The notes below the pieces were generated by a model. The model saw nothing but the letters and a program-made list of their open reading frames with translations, searched no databases and was not told the DNA's origin. The translations under genes and the position numbers were made by a program. Shown here piece by piece: positions 39,439 through 54,059 of a stretch of DNA of 64,000 bases (positions within the stretch are counted from its first letter, which is position 1; the number at the start of each line of letters is the position of its first letter). Origin of the DNA: Eledone cirrhosa (lineage: Eukaryota); contig OZ024749.1 of assembly GCA_964016885.1 (NCBI GenBank), positions 32,364,001 through 32,428,000 on the forward strand, written 5' to 3'.

Positions 39439-42150
39439 TGTGTTCAGTGCAAAAACCGATCTGTTGGTGAGGGAAATAATGCCTATCTCCCCGCGAGTGT
39501 TGAGGGTGACCTTCAATGGAAACCCAAGACTGACAGTCATCTCAGCCTATAGTCCAACCGAGGGGGACAGCGATGTGAATGCAGAAGAGTTCCATGAGGA
39601 GGTGTGTAGAGCTGTCAACACCACTCAGGCACACAATATCCTGCTTGTTTTGGGGGACTTCAATGCACACCTGAGTAAGGAGGGCAGTGAAGATCCTTGC
39701 TGGTACTTCCATAACAACACCAACCGAAATGGAAGACTACTGAGAGACACCCTGCTGGAGGCGAACTTGATGGCGACCAACCTAAGGTTTAGGAAGAATC
39801 TGGGGAAGATGTGGACCTACATCTCAGATATGCACCTGTCCAAGTCCCAGATTGATTTCATTCTGGTGAGAAAAAAGTGGCGGAATAGTGTTCTGAACAT
39901 GGAACCATACAGCTATTTCAGTACACTGGGTAGTGACCACCGGCTTGTTATGAGTGAGGTCCGCGTGAGCTTAAGAAAGAGCAAGGCTCAGCCCCGGAGA
40001 ACAATCTATGACTGGGGAGCTTTCAAGGAAGATTATAAGCTACAGGAGAGGTTCACAGTGGAAGTGAGAAACAGGTTTAGTGCTCTGTGTGGAGAGTCAG
40101 AGGAGAGAGAGATTGGATGGACTGAGGAGAGTGTGACGAGGAGGTACGGGCACTTTACCAATGCAGTGGCGGAAGCAAGTGAAGCCCTGGTGCCGAGGAA
40201 AAAGAATAAAGGGAAGCACGTCAGCTCTGCAAACCCAAAAGTGTGTGCAGCCAGAGAACACCTGAAAGCTGCCAGGGACCAATTCTATGCTGATCCTACG
40301 GAGGAGAGGATGGAGACTGTGGAGGTGATGAGGGAAGAGCTCTGTACCGCTTACACTGAGGTCAGAGAGGAGGCACTGATAGAGAAGATCAGAAGTGTGG
40401 AGAGAGCGGTTGACAGATCTGGATGTAAGGAGAGCTGGATGATCATCAACGAGATCACAGGGAGGAAGAGAAGGTGTTCGAGTCAGATCCAGGGAACGGG
40501 GCCCGAGGATAGGAAGAGGAAATGGCTAGACCATTTTAGGACCCTACTAGGAGAGCCACCCTCCACAGCCCAGAGCACTGGGGAGATCAGGCGGCTGTTT
40601 GAGGAACTGGATGTTGAGACAGAGCCCTTCACCAGAGAGGAGCTTCAGAGAGCCAAGAAGAAGATCAAGGAGGGCAAGGCTCATGGAGAAGATGGAGTGG
40701 CATCAGAGGTGATGAAGAGGTGTGATTTTGATGATATCATCCTGGGGTTCTGTAACGGGGCACTGAAGAAAGGAGTTGCCCCGAATCAGTGGAGAATCAG
40801 TAACATCGTCCCAGTGCCAAAGAAGGGAGATCTCTCTAACACCAACAACAACCGGGGGATCTCACTGACGTCACTTGTGGCAAAGACCCTCAACAGGATG
40901 ATTTTTAACAGGATCCAGCCTGAGATGGAGAAGAAGCTCAGGGACAACCAGAACGGCTTCAGAGAGGGTAGATCAACCACCAGTCACATCCTGATGCTGA
41001 GGAGGATATTAGAGGGAGTAAGAGCAAAGTGCCTTCCTGCGGTCATGGTTTTCATTGACTTTAGGAAGGCCTTTGATTCTGTGGACCATTACTGCCTGAT
41101 GAAGATCTTACAGGTTTATGGAATCCCCAAGAAGATAGTGGACCTGATATCACTGCTCTACACCAACACCAAAGCCCAAGTCATTACACCTGTGGAATGA
41201 CAGAGTTCTTTGAGATACTGGCTGGAGTGCTCCAGGGAGATACATTGGCTCCCTATCTTTTTGTCATCGTAGTGGACTATTGTATGCGCCTTGCACTGGA
41301 GAAACACCAGGACTCTGGCTTTACTGTAGCACCGGCGCAGAGCAGGAGAGTTAGGGCGAAAAAGGTATCGGATGCTGAATTTGCCAACGACATAGTTTTG
41401 GTGACAAATACAGTGAAGGAGGCAGAGGATTTGATGCGGGAGGTTGAGACTGTGTCGATGAGTGTGGGGCTGAGAATGAATGAGACTAAAACAAAATATC
41501 TGGTAGAGAATGTTGAGAAGCCAGAGGGGATCACTAATGTAGGCGGGAAGCCGCTGGAATTGGTTGAGGACTTCCTGTATTTGGGAGCAAGGATTGGGAA
41601 TACGGAAGATGATGTGGTTGAGAGGAAGAGCAAGGCCTGGGCGGCGTGCCACAGCTTGAGATCGGTGTGGAAGTCGGACCTTCGTAGAGACCTGAAAATC
41701 CGCCTCTTCATTGCTGTAGTGGAGTCTGTGCTGCTGTATGGGTCTGAGACTTGGACACTGACCAAGAAACTCACTCAGATGGTGGATGGGTGCTACACGA
41801 GAATGCTGAGGATGGCTCTGAACATTAATCAGTATACACTGAGGATGAAAAACTCAGAACTGTATGGGAGCATCCCAAAAGTCAGCTCAAAAGTGACACA
41901 GAGGAGACTGAGGTTGGCTAGACATGCTCACCGACATCCAGAGTTGACATTGCACTCAGTGCTCCTTTGGGAGCCCCTACATGGACACACTAGAAGAGGA
42001 AGACCAAGGTTAACGTATGTTGATGCCCTATGGACAGACACTGGTCTGTTGGAGATGCAGGACATGGCAGCGATAATGAGGGACAGAGACCGCTGGAGAG
42101 AACTCGTCCATGGATCTCGGGAATTTTACCCGCCTTAGATAGATAGATAG
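39439..42150 (+). mobile_element. RTE-clade LINE (APE endonuclease and RT), 5'-truncated, frameshifted
   Basis: SAYSPT, LGDFNAH, QIDFIL, SDHRLV (APE); FIDFRKAFDSV, GVLQGDTLAPYLF, FAND in place of F/YADD. Frameshift near 41195, (TAGA)n tail. Confidence 0.93.
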
Positions 42151-43355
42151 ATATATATATAATGATATTGATATATATATAAGATATATATATATATTGT
42201 TTTACAAAAACACTATAAGAGGTTATAACCATAGGTGAAGATGTTAAACACAGCTCAATATAGAGTAATTCATCATGATGAGCCACACCCTTCTGAAAGA
42301 AATTTCCAAAACAAAAGATGTGGATACAATCTTTGCAGCTTGGGTCGATTTAATCGACTTTCCCCTCCCCCAAAATTGTTGGCCTTGTGCCTATATAAGA
42401 AATCATTATTCCTCAGGTACAAAGGCGGTGGATTGGCAGTATCGGTAGAGATTCGGACACCTTGCTTTGCAGCATAGAGTTACGGTTCTTTACGGTTTGA
42501 GTTCAAATCCCGCCGAGGTTAGCTTTGCCTTTCATCCTTACGTGGGTCGATAAAATAAAGCACCAGTAACGTACTGGGGTCGATTTAATCGACTTTCCCC
42601 TCACCCCAAATTACTGGCCTCGTGCCTATACTAGAAATCATTATTCCTCAGGTTCGATCCTTGAGCGTGACATCCTGGAGAAGTGTTATTTATTAGACCC
42701 ACCGACCGTCCCATGACTTTTAAGTGAAACTGGGTAGACTGTACCAGTAATCTATCATAGAGGGCCAACCTAGTCACACACTGTCACATGTATGCTCAGT
42801 CTTTTGCATGTTAGTTTCACAAACAGACCGTTCCGTCCATCTAACAACTGGAACACTCATCGTCGATATTGACGAAGGTTCCATTCCATTCTATACAAAT
42901 GTAACACATCATTCCTTGACAGCTTAGTATATCTATGTCATCATAGACTATAAATAAAACACACACACACACACACACATATTTATATACATATATATAT
43001 AAATATTAAGTTGTTAAACAATATTCGATGATTATGTCAAAGAATTAATTTTACAGTAGATTGGAAGCACTCAACAGATAATAATTTTCTTTCCCTCCTT
43101 ATAAATATTTTTCCAGTGGCTATCACTGGCTGTTATAATTCATGAGACGTTTCCCTATATATTATCGTATCATACAATTTAAAATTTTAGAACACTTTTA
43201 AGTATACAACGTTTTTTCTTACTCACACATTCTCTAATGAATTCATTATGTTTTCGCACTCTCACACAGATAGTATATAAGCAAAATTTTCTATCGGGTA
43301 ATCACTACTTTGATTAAATCTTAACCATTTAATATCTCAGGGTATGTCATGTATC

Positions 43356-43406
43356 ATTATATTTTGTCTGATGAGGACATCCGAAATATGTATAATAAAA
43401 TGTAAT
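43356..43406 (+). ncRNA. Minimal hammerhead ribozyme motif
   Basis: ATTATATTTTGT-CTGATGA-GGACATCC-GAAAT-ATGT-ATA-ATAAAATGTAAT, with a 12-bp stem I. Confidence 0.7.
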
Positions 43407-44765
43407 TGATCAAAAGAATATCTATTTTATTAATACTTATATTTTAATATATATATATATATATAGTTATACTTGGGGAGGGTCATATTTGTGTAATATT
43501 GCCAGAATTAATAACAGAACACACTCACTGTATATATATATATATATATATACATATATATATGTATATACATATATATACATATATATACACACACACA
43601 TGTGCGTGTGTATATATATATACATATATATACACACACACATGTGCGTGTGTATTTGGTGATTCAGTAGATTTGTGTTTTATTAAGAAAGGTACCTATA
43701 TGAGCAACTCCATGCTACAGCATACATACATACACACACATATATATAAAAGGATCGATCGACTTTCGTCAAATCGGACCGAGGAAACAATGTTTCCGTT
43801 GATCTTTCCAGTTGCTAGTACTATCTATCGGTCGCAACTCCAGGTAGAAGGAGCAACGTGAAATAAAGTGTCTTGCTCAAGGACATAACGCATCGCCCGG
43901 TCCAGGAATCGAACTCACAACCTCAAGATTGTGAATCCAATTCTCTAACCACTCAGCCACACGCCTTCATATATATATATATATATAATACATATATAAT
44001 ACATATATAATATATAATATATATAATATATATATAATTGTTTCTACTTTTGGCACAAGGCCAGCAATTACCCAGTACTGAGTGACCCACGCGTTTATCA
44101 TATCAACTAAATAAATTTCTCCTTGAGTTCATAGAACGGACATTTTGAGTACTGCACAACAGAAACGGCTTGTTATACCCTTAAGGAACTTATTTCCTTC
44201 TTCCAACACTTGTTAACAAAGTTCCATATGTGATATCAAAGCAGAAAATGGTAGAAAAGTAGGTCAAATTGTGAAGAGTGGATGATGTTGCTGTTATTGT
44301 TTCGGGTTTTTTTTATCTATGTAGTTGTCCTCTACATATATATATATATAATAATATATATAATAATAATATATATAATAAAAATAATAATAATTGTTTC
44401 TACTTTAGGCAGAAGGCCAGCAATTATCCCAGTGTATTACTGGTACTTTATTTTATCGACCCCGTAAGGATGAAAGGCAAAGTTAACCTCGGCGGGATTT
44501 GAAATCAGACCATAAAGGGCCGTAACTCTTTGCTGCAAAGCATGGCGTCAGACCCTCTACCGATACTGCCAATAATAATAATAATAATGATGATAATAAT
44601 AAGATACACACAGAGATACATAAGGGGTCAGCTGAAGATTCGACAGCCTCACAGCGTTGCTGCACTTCTCTGGTGCAACGATATTGTAAAACAGTTGATG
44701 AAACTGCAGTAGGGACTTTGAAGAAAAAATAGGTAACTCTTTGCCTATTCCTCGCATTTATAATT

Positions 44766-44839
<74 letters not shown>

Positions 44840-45159
44840 TTCTTTATTAGCCAAAGGGGCACAAAAGAAGCGGACAAATACAAAGGGGGAAGTTTACATA
44901 CAATAAAAACGTGTAAAATGTTATCACAAATGGAATTTAAAAAGTTAGTCGATTTTCCCCAATAGAGGGAGACAGTTTATATGGGTAACACATACCCCCG
45001 AAAAAAAATGTGCAACCCCCATCTCCAGGAGTACGAAGAGTTTGTACTCCTTTCCTCTCCTCCTTCTTTTCCTCAACCTACAGGCTGATATAGAGAGAAG
45101 GCCCATTCACTCGGGCCATTCTCGCCACTTTCACCCACCTAGCACATCTCTCTCCATTC

Positions 45160-45228
<69 letters not shown>

Positions 45229-45543
45229 TGGTAACATAACAGTTAATTCACAATACCGAGAACAATTGTTTCACCTTAGCGGATCTACATATAAGTAGGA
45301 ATTTGTAGTTTACTTGAAGCATTGTATATGGCATAAAGAAATCGAAGTTTGGAAGCCGGCCAGCATTGTATAGCAAACCACACCCAACACTGGAGTAGTT
45401 CCTTTAGTTTCCTCCGAAGAAGAGATATTAATCTCGAAATATCAGGACATGAATAAATTAAGGTAAACAAACAAGCCCTGTTTCTTACGATCTAATTATT
45501 CTCCGTCTAAACCTGCATTGTCGTCGCTTTCAAACTTCGAATT

Positions 45544-45581
<38 letters not shown>

Positions 45582-45589
<8 letters not shown>

Positions 45590-46001
45590 AGATCAAAAGA
45601 TGGTTAAAGGAGTTCCATATATTTTATTATGCGCATTTCAAAAACAAACATCATCAAGCAATAATATTTGTGTTTTCATCAGATAAAACAGGAGAACATG
45701 ATATGAAGGCTAAAAAACACTTGTGGATAGTGCAGTTTTAAATCAACATGTTGATTTAAAACTGCACTATCCACAAGTGTTTTTTAGCCTTCATATCATG
45801 TTCTCCTGTTTTATCTGATGAAAACACAAATATTATTGCTTGATGATGTTTGTTTTTGAAATGCGCATAATAAAATATATGGAACTCCTTTAACCATCTT
45901 TTGATCTTATATTATGCATACTCCAGTCCCACAAACTGTAGAGTGCTTCTTATCCGATATCTGCATTGCTTTATTGTACTACAATAAAACTCACCTCCTA
46001 C

Positions 46002-46003
<2 letters not shown>
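45582..46003. mobile_element. Fold-back hammerhead element, family A
   Basis: Loop-less palindrome 45582-45915 centred at 45748/45749, extension to 46003, CTGATGA 45815, GAAA 45858. Confidence 0.88.
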
Positions 46004-46034
<31 letters not shown>

Positions 46035-46382
46035 GTCTGTCTGTCTGGCTATCTGCATTACGTCACTTCCTACAATTCGCTCTGCGTTCAGAACGCGCCC
46101 TTATAATATCTGTCTGTATGTCTGACTGTCTGCTGTCTCCGGTTATTCTGCCACCCTTGCTCAAGACAAATTTCACACTCATTCCCCAAACAGTTGGTAT
46201 GTGCACACAACTTCTTCCTCGCGTTTTAAGCAACAGTGTTGCTTACTTACGTACCACCAGACCCTTACTTCTTTGCCAGCCGTGGTTGTAGCAATACTAA
46301 GCTTAGCTAAGGCGGTTATATATTTCACAATATCTTATCCCGTTCAACGCCGGGTACCACTGCTAGTATGTATGTATGTATG

Positions 46383-46569
<187 letters not shown>

Positions 46570-46587
46570 ATATTTATATATATACAC

Positions 46588-47015
46588 ACCTGGGGGTCCT
46601 TTTCTTTGTTTTTTTGTTTTTTGTGCCTTTCCTTTGTTCTGTCCTACGCCATCTTGTTTTTGTGTGTGTGTTGTGTGCACACAACACACACACAAAAACA
46701 AGATGGCGTAGGACAGAACAAAGGAGAGGCACAAAAAACAAAAAAAAACAAAGAAAAAACCCCAGTCACTGAAGAGGTCACAGAATGTGTGACGAAAGAA
46801 CTTTGACAATATATAAACAACCATCTGATTGTGGAACCAACCAACCGGAAATTTATAAATTCCTAAATTTATAAATTTATTATAATAAATTGAAGTGAAA
46901 GCAACTGGTGCGTGTGTTTCTTATTGGCAACATGACCCTCCCAAAGTATAACAATATCGGTTTCAACACACGTTTTCAGATAAAGAATCTTGCTAAACAA
47001 ATTCAGAAACGAAAT
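46588..47015 (+). mobile_element. Palindrome followed by a hammerhead motif
   Basis: Palindrome centred on GTGCAC 46675-46680, then GTCA-CTGAAGA-GGTCACA...TGTGAC-GAAAG-AA-CTT-TGAC at 46765-46807. Confidence 0.65.
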
Positions 47016-47039
47016 AAATATATATATATATATGGCTAG

Positions 47040-47101
<62 letters not shown>

Positions 47102-47137
47102 TAGCTTATATATATATATATATATATATATGGCTAG

Positions 47138-47180
<43 letters not shown>

Positions 47181-47396
47181 AAACGCATAATGTCATTGCT
47201 ACACATGGAATGGTAGTGATAAATGTGTGATAAATTGTGAATTATTCTGTTAAAAATTACTGGCATACAGTAAATTTCAAGGACATTTGCAAACGAATCA
47301 AATATAATTACCTAAAAGATAACGTTTGTAGATGCAAGAAAGACAAACCGCTGTTAATGAATGACGAAAGCGTTGTTCAAACAACAGTATTGTATA

Positions 47397-47458
<62 letters not shown>

Positions 47459-47464
<6 letters not shown>

Positions 47465-47695
47465 TATAAAGAAAGTGCTCAAGCGCAAAAATGCTATAGA
47501 TATAGCTTATAAAATAAGGTGAAAATCCTTAAAAGATGGAAGAAGTTGCTATCGGCTGTTATTTGGGAGATATGGGGTTCATTACCTCATTGCGGCCAAT
47601 AGCAACTTCTTTTTCCGTCTTTTAAGGGCCTTCGCCCTATTTTATAAGTTATCTTTATAGCATTTCTGCGCTTGAACACTTTCTTTATACTTATA
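47459..47695. mobile_element. Old diverged fold-back element between (TA)n runs
   Basis: Imperfect arms about 47459-47558 / 47592-47695. Confidence 0.65.
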
Positions 47696-48007
47696 TATAT
47701 ATATATATATATACATATATACTCAATGCTTCAAAAGCCGAAAATTCGGCTTCGTATATTGTTTACTCTTTTACCTGTTTCAGCCATCCGGCTGAGGCCA
47801 TGCTGGGGCACCGTTTGTTAACAATACTGTAGTTTCTGCACGAAAAACTACATTGGTTTCATACATAAGGTTCTTTATTGGACAGCAAAATGAAAGAAGA
47901 CTCCAATACAATTGAAGAATACTTTGTGAAACATGTAGCCATTGATAAGTTCGATATTATGTGAGGAAATGATGTTACTAAAAAGTTACAGTACATTCCA
48001 TTATCAA

Positions 48008-49588
48008 ATAATTGTTTCTACTTTTGGCACACGGCCAGCAATTACCCCCAGTGTATTACTGGTACTTTATTTTAGCGACCCCGTAAGGATGAAAGGCAAA
48101 GTTAACCACGGCGGAATTTGAACTCAGATCATAAAGGGACGCAACTCTATGCTGGAAAGCATGGCGTCCGACCCTAACGATATGTCGAAAGATGCTAAAG
48201 AACATATGTTGTATGTGGAGTAGTTAGTATTGAGTGAGAGGATTCAATTGGTGTGAATAATGATGCCCAACATATAGCTTATGTTCCATACCACGGTGAA
48301 AAAATATCACGGTGGACATATTATTTTATAAGCAGTTTAAAAGGGTGACGGATTGGCAGTAATGGGTAGAGTGTCAAACAAAAGGCTTTGCGATATACAG
48401 TTACGCCGAGGTTTGCTTTGCCTTTCATCATTACGGGGTCGATAAAATAAAGCATCAGTAATGCACTGGGGTCGATTTAATAGACTTTTCCCTCTCGCCA
48501 AAATTGCTGGCCTTGTGCTTAAATTAGAAACCATTGGTGGATTGGCAGTATCGGTAGAGGGTCGGACGCCATGCTTTCCAGCATAGTTACGTCCCTTTAC
48601 GATCTGAGTTCAAATCCCGCCGAGGTTGACTTTGCCTTTCATCCTTACGGGGTCGATAGAATAAAGTACCAGTAATGCACTGGGTGATTGCTGGCCTTGT
48701 GCCTAAAGTAGAAACAATTATTATTAAAGGCGGTGGATTGGCAGTATCGGTAGAGGATCGGATGCCATGCTTTGAAGCATAGAGTTACCTCCCTGTATGA
48801 TCTGAGTTCAAATCCCGCTGAGGTTAACTTTGCCTTTCATCCTTCCGGGGTCGATAAAATAAAGTACCAGTAATGCACTGGGTAATTGCTGGCCTTGTGC
48901 CAAAAGTAGAAACAATTATTATTATAATTATTTTGCGGCATATCGTTTCGGCCCTTTATGCTATGAGTTCAAATCCTGATGAGGTTAGCCTTGCCTCATC
49001 CTTACGCGTTCGATAAAATAAAGTACCAGTAATGCACTGAGGTCGATTTAATCGACTGTCTCCTTTCCCTTCACATTGCTGGCCTTGTACCAAAAGTAGA
49101 AACAATTATATTTATAAACAGCTCTATTAGAGATAATTGTTTCTACTTTTGGCACAAGGCCAGCAATTATCCCAGTGTATTACTGGTACTTTATTTTATC
49201 GACTCCTTAAGAATGAAAGGCAAAGTTAATCTCCTTGTTTTCTAAACAGTAGTGTTTCATTATTTTTATATAAAGAAGGGCGGTGGATTAGCAGTATCGG
49301 TAAAGAGTCGGACACCATGCTTTGCAGCGTAGAGTTACGGAGCTTTACGTTCTCATTTCAAATCCCGCTGAGGTTTGCTTATACTAGAAATCATTATTGT
49401 TATGGATTGGCAGTATCGGTAGAGGGTCGGACGCCATGCTTTCCAGCATAGTTACGTCCCTTTACGATCTGAGTTCAAATCCCGCCGAGGTTGACTTCGC
49501 CTTTCATCCTTACGGGGTCGATAAAATAAAGTACCAGTAATGCACTGGGTAATTGCTGGCCTTGTGCCTAAAGTAGAAACAATTATTT
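48008..49588. mobile_element. Cluster of about 8 S1 SINE copies or fragments
   Basis: Repeated GGATTGGCAGTATCGGTAGAG...GTTCAAATCCC...CCTTTCATCCTTACGGGGTCGATAAA...GTAGAAACAATTA, mostly head-to-tail on +. Confidence 0.88.
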
Positions 49589-51479
49589 TTATATATAGAG
49601 GGATTAAACAGCAATAGAGGTAAGCATTTATGTACGGAGCTTTACACAAAGAACATATTGCTTTAAAATATAAAAAATTAAAATTGGGTTTTTTAATGAA
49701 TGGTATTATTCTAATTGTTAGCTCTATTAAGTCTTCTTCTTCTTCTTCTTCTTCTTCTTCTTCTTCTTCTTCTTCTTCTTCTTCTTCTTCTTCTTCCTCC
49801 TTCGCCCACTTATTCCTGGGAGAGTCGTGCCAGCAGGTCCTGTCAGAAGCAGCCGTCTCTAATTGATCCGCCTGGATCCCCAAGCGAGAAAAGCCAAGCT
49901 CGTGGGTGTTACCTAACTAGTTTGCTCGGAGTCAACCCAGGATCTCCTGTCGGTTGGTTTTGTAATAACAGATTCTTCACTATTTTTTCTTCTACAATAA
50001 AATCTAAATATGAACACCTATTACTCTTTTTTCTAAAACATACATTGGTTATACCCTGCTGGTTATACGACCGGACATTCCTACTGGTTATATCACCTGG
50101 CATTTCTATTTCATAAACACACATGTATACAACTCTTTCACTACACAGATTGTCTCCAATGATGTAAATTACATTTACACACCGACACAGATATATACAC
50201 ATTCACACATACAGTCTCATACTCATGCATACTGGCACACACACACACACACACACACACCCACACACACACACATACACGCATATATACACAGATCACA
50301 GACTTACACATATATTTATACATTACATTATAGAACATATTTTTATCTGGAAATTCAAATCATCCTTTAACTTTAATATTTCCAAAATCCTAGTTTCAAC
50401 TTAATTTAACTTTCGGATATTATATTTTTTCTTAAATTAAATGACTTAAATATCATTCTATAAGATGGTGATCAAATAATGATTGGTTTATTGGAGGAAA
50501 TAAATTCGTTTAAATAAAATTTCAAATCATAGAAAAAGAAAATGGAATCGGGAAAACTGCATCTTTTCCAGCATTCCAATCTACTGAACAATCTACAGAG
50601 AATATTCAGCTATCTAGTAATATTGATCACCTAATTCGATCGTTAAATTCCAACAGAAGATACGGACAACTATAATTGTGTCTGAATTCCATTTGGAAAT
50701 TTATATTAACGATTTGATGGAGGATTTTGTCAAACTTATAAAAATGTCCAGAACAATATATTGAGGTTTAAAATGGTGTGAAACTTTGTTATAATGTCAA
50801 TAGAAATGTGACGAAGCGAACTTATCAGTAAATTCTAGTTGAATGTTAGAAAGAAGGATGAGAAAAACAATTGGTTGAAATAAAGCCATAGAGGGATTTT
50901 CTTTTTGTTTTGTTTTGTCTTTTGCTACAATATAGCTATGAGTATTCCGGTTTACACAGACCAGGCTAAAAAATGAAGCGATTTTAATTTAAATATTACT
51001 TAAGATTTATCTTACGAAACTTAGGGTTAAAAGAACTTTTTAAAACTTGTCCAAAATCAAGGTTTTTATTTTCATTAAATCACTTAAATGTTCGCATGTA
51101 TGTATGTGAGAACCCGAAACCTCTGAATGAGTCATAGAATCGCCGTAGTCACATTTTCAGCGGGGCCCAATCCATTCCCTTTCCAGATTTGAAAACAGCC
51201 GATTTCTTACAGAAAGGGAGAGAGAGAGAGAGAGAATGATAAAGAAGAAGTGAGGAAGAGATATAGAGAAAGAATCAACCGCAGTACTGAACTGGTACTT
51301 TTTTTATCGACCTAGAAAGGATGAAGAGAAAAGTTGACCTCGGTGGGTTTTGAACTCAGAAAGTAGAGAATCGTAACGAACACTCCAAAGCATTCTATTG
51401 GACATCTTAACGACTCTACCAATTAGCCGCCTAAATGTTTCGTTTAGTTTCATGTAAAGAAAGTAAAACCTTAGAATAT

Positions 51480-53520
51480 TGTCGAAAACAAAGGAATGGT
51501 GAACATGCGCATAGCATACATAGAACCCGGGTAAAAAAAAAGGTTATAACGAAAACAAAGAAACATATAAAAATTAAAACAAAAACAAATTCCCTAATAG
51601 GGGTAAAACTTCCGATGGGCACTCATGAGGGAAGCCCCCCCACTCCCCCCAAAAAATCCACGGTGATCCTAACCGCTAGAGTAAATAAATACCCATTCCC
51701 AGTTGTCCTCCTCCAATCTACAAGCAGGCACGTTAACTAGGATTATGTTCACAACTCTCACCTATTCCTCGAGAAACTGGTTGGAAGGTAGCACTTCCCC
51801 CAGTCTCTGATTGTCCTCTTTAAGGGAAACATGAAAAGGTTTATCAGATTTTCGCCGAATAAAAAAGTGTTTGTCCTTAACCATTTCAAGAGCGTCCACC
51901 GCACTACTTCTTTCTTCATAACCACCAAGAAGATAAAAGCTTTATGTCCTTACGGACAAAAGGAAGGAGGCGGGGCGATCTTCATGATGGACTCAGCCAG
52001 ATCCGCCCTGCACGTAACAGCAGGTGTTTGGCATAAAACCACAAGACAGCAATACTCGGACACTGGACGAGGATGCGCAGGATGGTTTCGTCACCTTGAT
52101 CACATCTTGGACAAGGCCACCTGACGGGTTTTCAGGCCTGTAACGTTTATCTCCTTGAAGCACTGCCAAGCCAGGAATTTTTGGAAGTTATTCATGGACG
52201 CAGATCCGAAAGTCCCCCGGAAAAGAGTGACTAGATGATTTTGGTCGATACGCAGAATCTTCCCAAGAACGTCGTTGCATTTAACCACCACTAACCCTGT
52301 ATAGAATGGCAAGGTAAAGTTTGCACAGATTGTACTGTCTGATTGACAGAAGACTGTGAGCGCTTCATGACATTCCAGTTTCCGAGTGCTCCATCTCCAT
52401 CTTCGCTTAACCAATACTGCAACTCTATTAAAGCGGATAACTTGGAGAAAAAAGACATCTAGCAAATAGCGACCACACTTGTCCACCATCAAGGAAACGC
52501 TAGCGACGTCATAACTTCAGTGCATGTCTGCACATCATCAGCCACGGTATTTACAGTCCTCGACGCAGTGGGTGTTAACAACAAATGGATGAACGAAACG
52601 TGTCGCTTCCAGAAAAAATGAAAGAGCTGACGCTCCAGTGCCATTAGACAGGGACCAGGACAATGCACGACGGACAAGCGGTAGTAGATGACGGACGTGA
52701 TCTATGCATTCATCACATCTACTCTACCTTTCCAGTATAACTGCCTCTCGGCCAATTTCTGTGCGCGAATGACAAATCTGCTCGTTACCTCGTCCCAGCT
52801 TTTGTCCATCTGGAGGTCTTGACCAAACCAAACCTCGAACAATTTTATCAGTCTGTCCAGTGCCAGATAACGCTGTTGGACGACATGGACTTGTCGCTCC
52901 TGGTCCGCTCCTGTCACCGCTTAATACTTCCTTGGAGCAGTGCTGATCACGTCGATGCGCTTGTTGCTCGACACCACTACGGTGACGCCATTGGGATATG
53001 CTGACACGAATCCCGCCCATCCTATTTCGCGCTGGATGCCCATCAACGTCTCCAATTTGTGCAGTTGTGGCTGTAGAGTCAGTTCACTCAACAGGGACGA
53101 GAGAGAACAATTTTGATGGTTCCGATACGTGGCCGTTCGCTGTAACCACTAAACAGATGTCAACCCTATCAAAAGCTTTCGACTGATATATGTTGAACAG
53201 GACCCCTATCCGGTTCTATATTTCTTTGGCATCCTCTCTATTATGCATTGCATAAGATGGAAGTTATCGTTGATGGATCTCTTCGGAATGGCGCATGAAC
53301 AGTTGAGCTAAGTGTCGCTGGCTGAAAAGCTGCACACATCTGTTCTGGGTCGAGAAACTTGCGCCCTTCAGGGTCCACCAAAGACCGGATTGTGGCTTTG
53401 TTACTACGCTGCGCCTCGGCCACTCGAGTTAATCGAACGTATTTCGTCCCCTCATGTCTTAGCTCTAACATCGTATCTTCCGTGGACACGGGCGCCACTT
53501 TATTCCGTCTCCGGGGTTAC
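51480..53520 (-). mobile_element. Decayed Tx1/L1-clade LINE
   Basis: On -: IRSLVDPEGRKF, YQSKAFDRVD (about 53160-53190), VWFGQDLQMDKSWDEV, LERQLFHFFW. Many frameshifts. Confidence 0.75.
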
Positions 53521-53619
53521 TATACATGATTTTTCTATTATTTAGAAAAAAATAGACAATTGCCATGATCATATCTTAAGTTGTCAGCCAGTTGTTTGAA
53601 TATGTATATATGTATATAT

Positions 53620-53737
<118 letters not shown>

Positions 53738-53878
53738 TTATATATATATATAACAAATGGTTAGCTATATATATAATGACCAATGCCTTGTGAAGGAAAT
53801 TTGATTGACAAAACTGTGTAGAGAAAAAGAATTCTTTAAACATATTTTCGTTGAGAAAACTTCATTTCAATTTTTCCA

Positions 53879-54011
<133 letters not shown>

Positions 54012-54059
54012 TGTGTGTACATATAAAAGTGTGCTCAAACATAGCAACTTCGGTGATTC

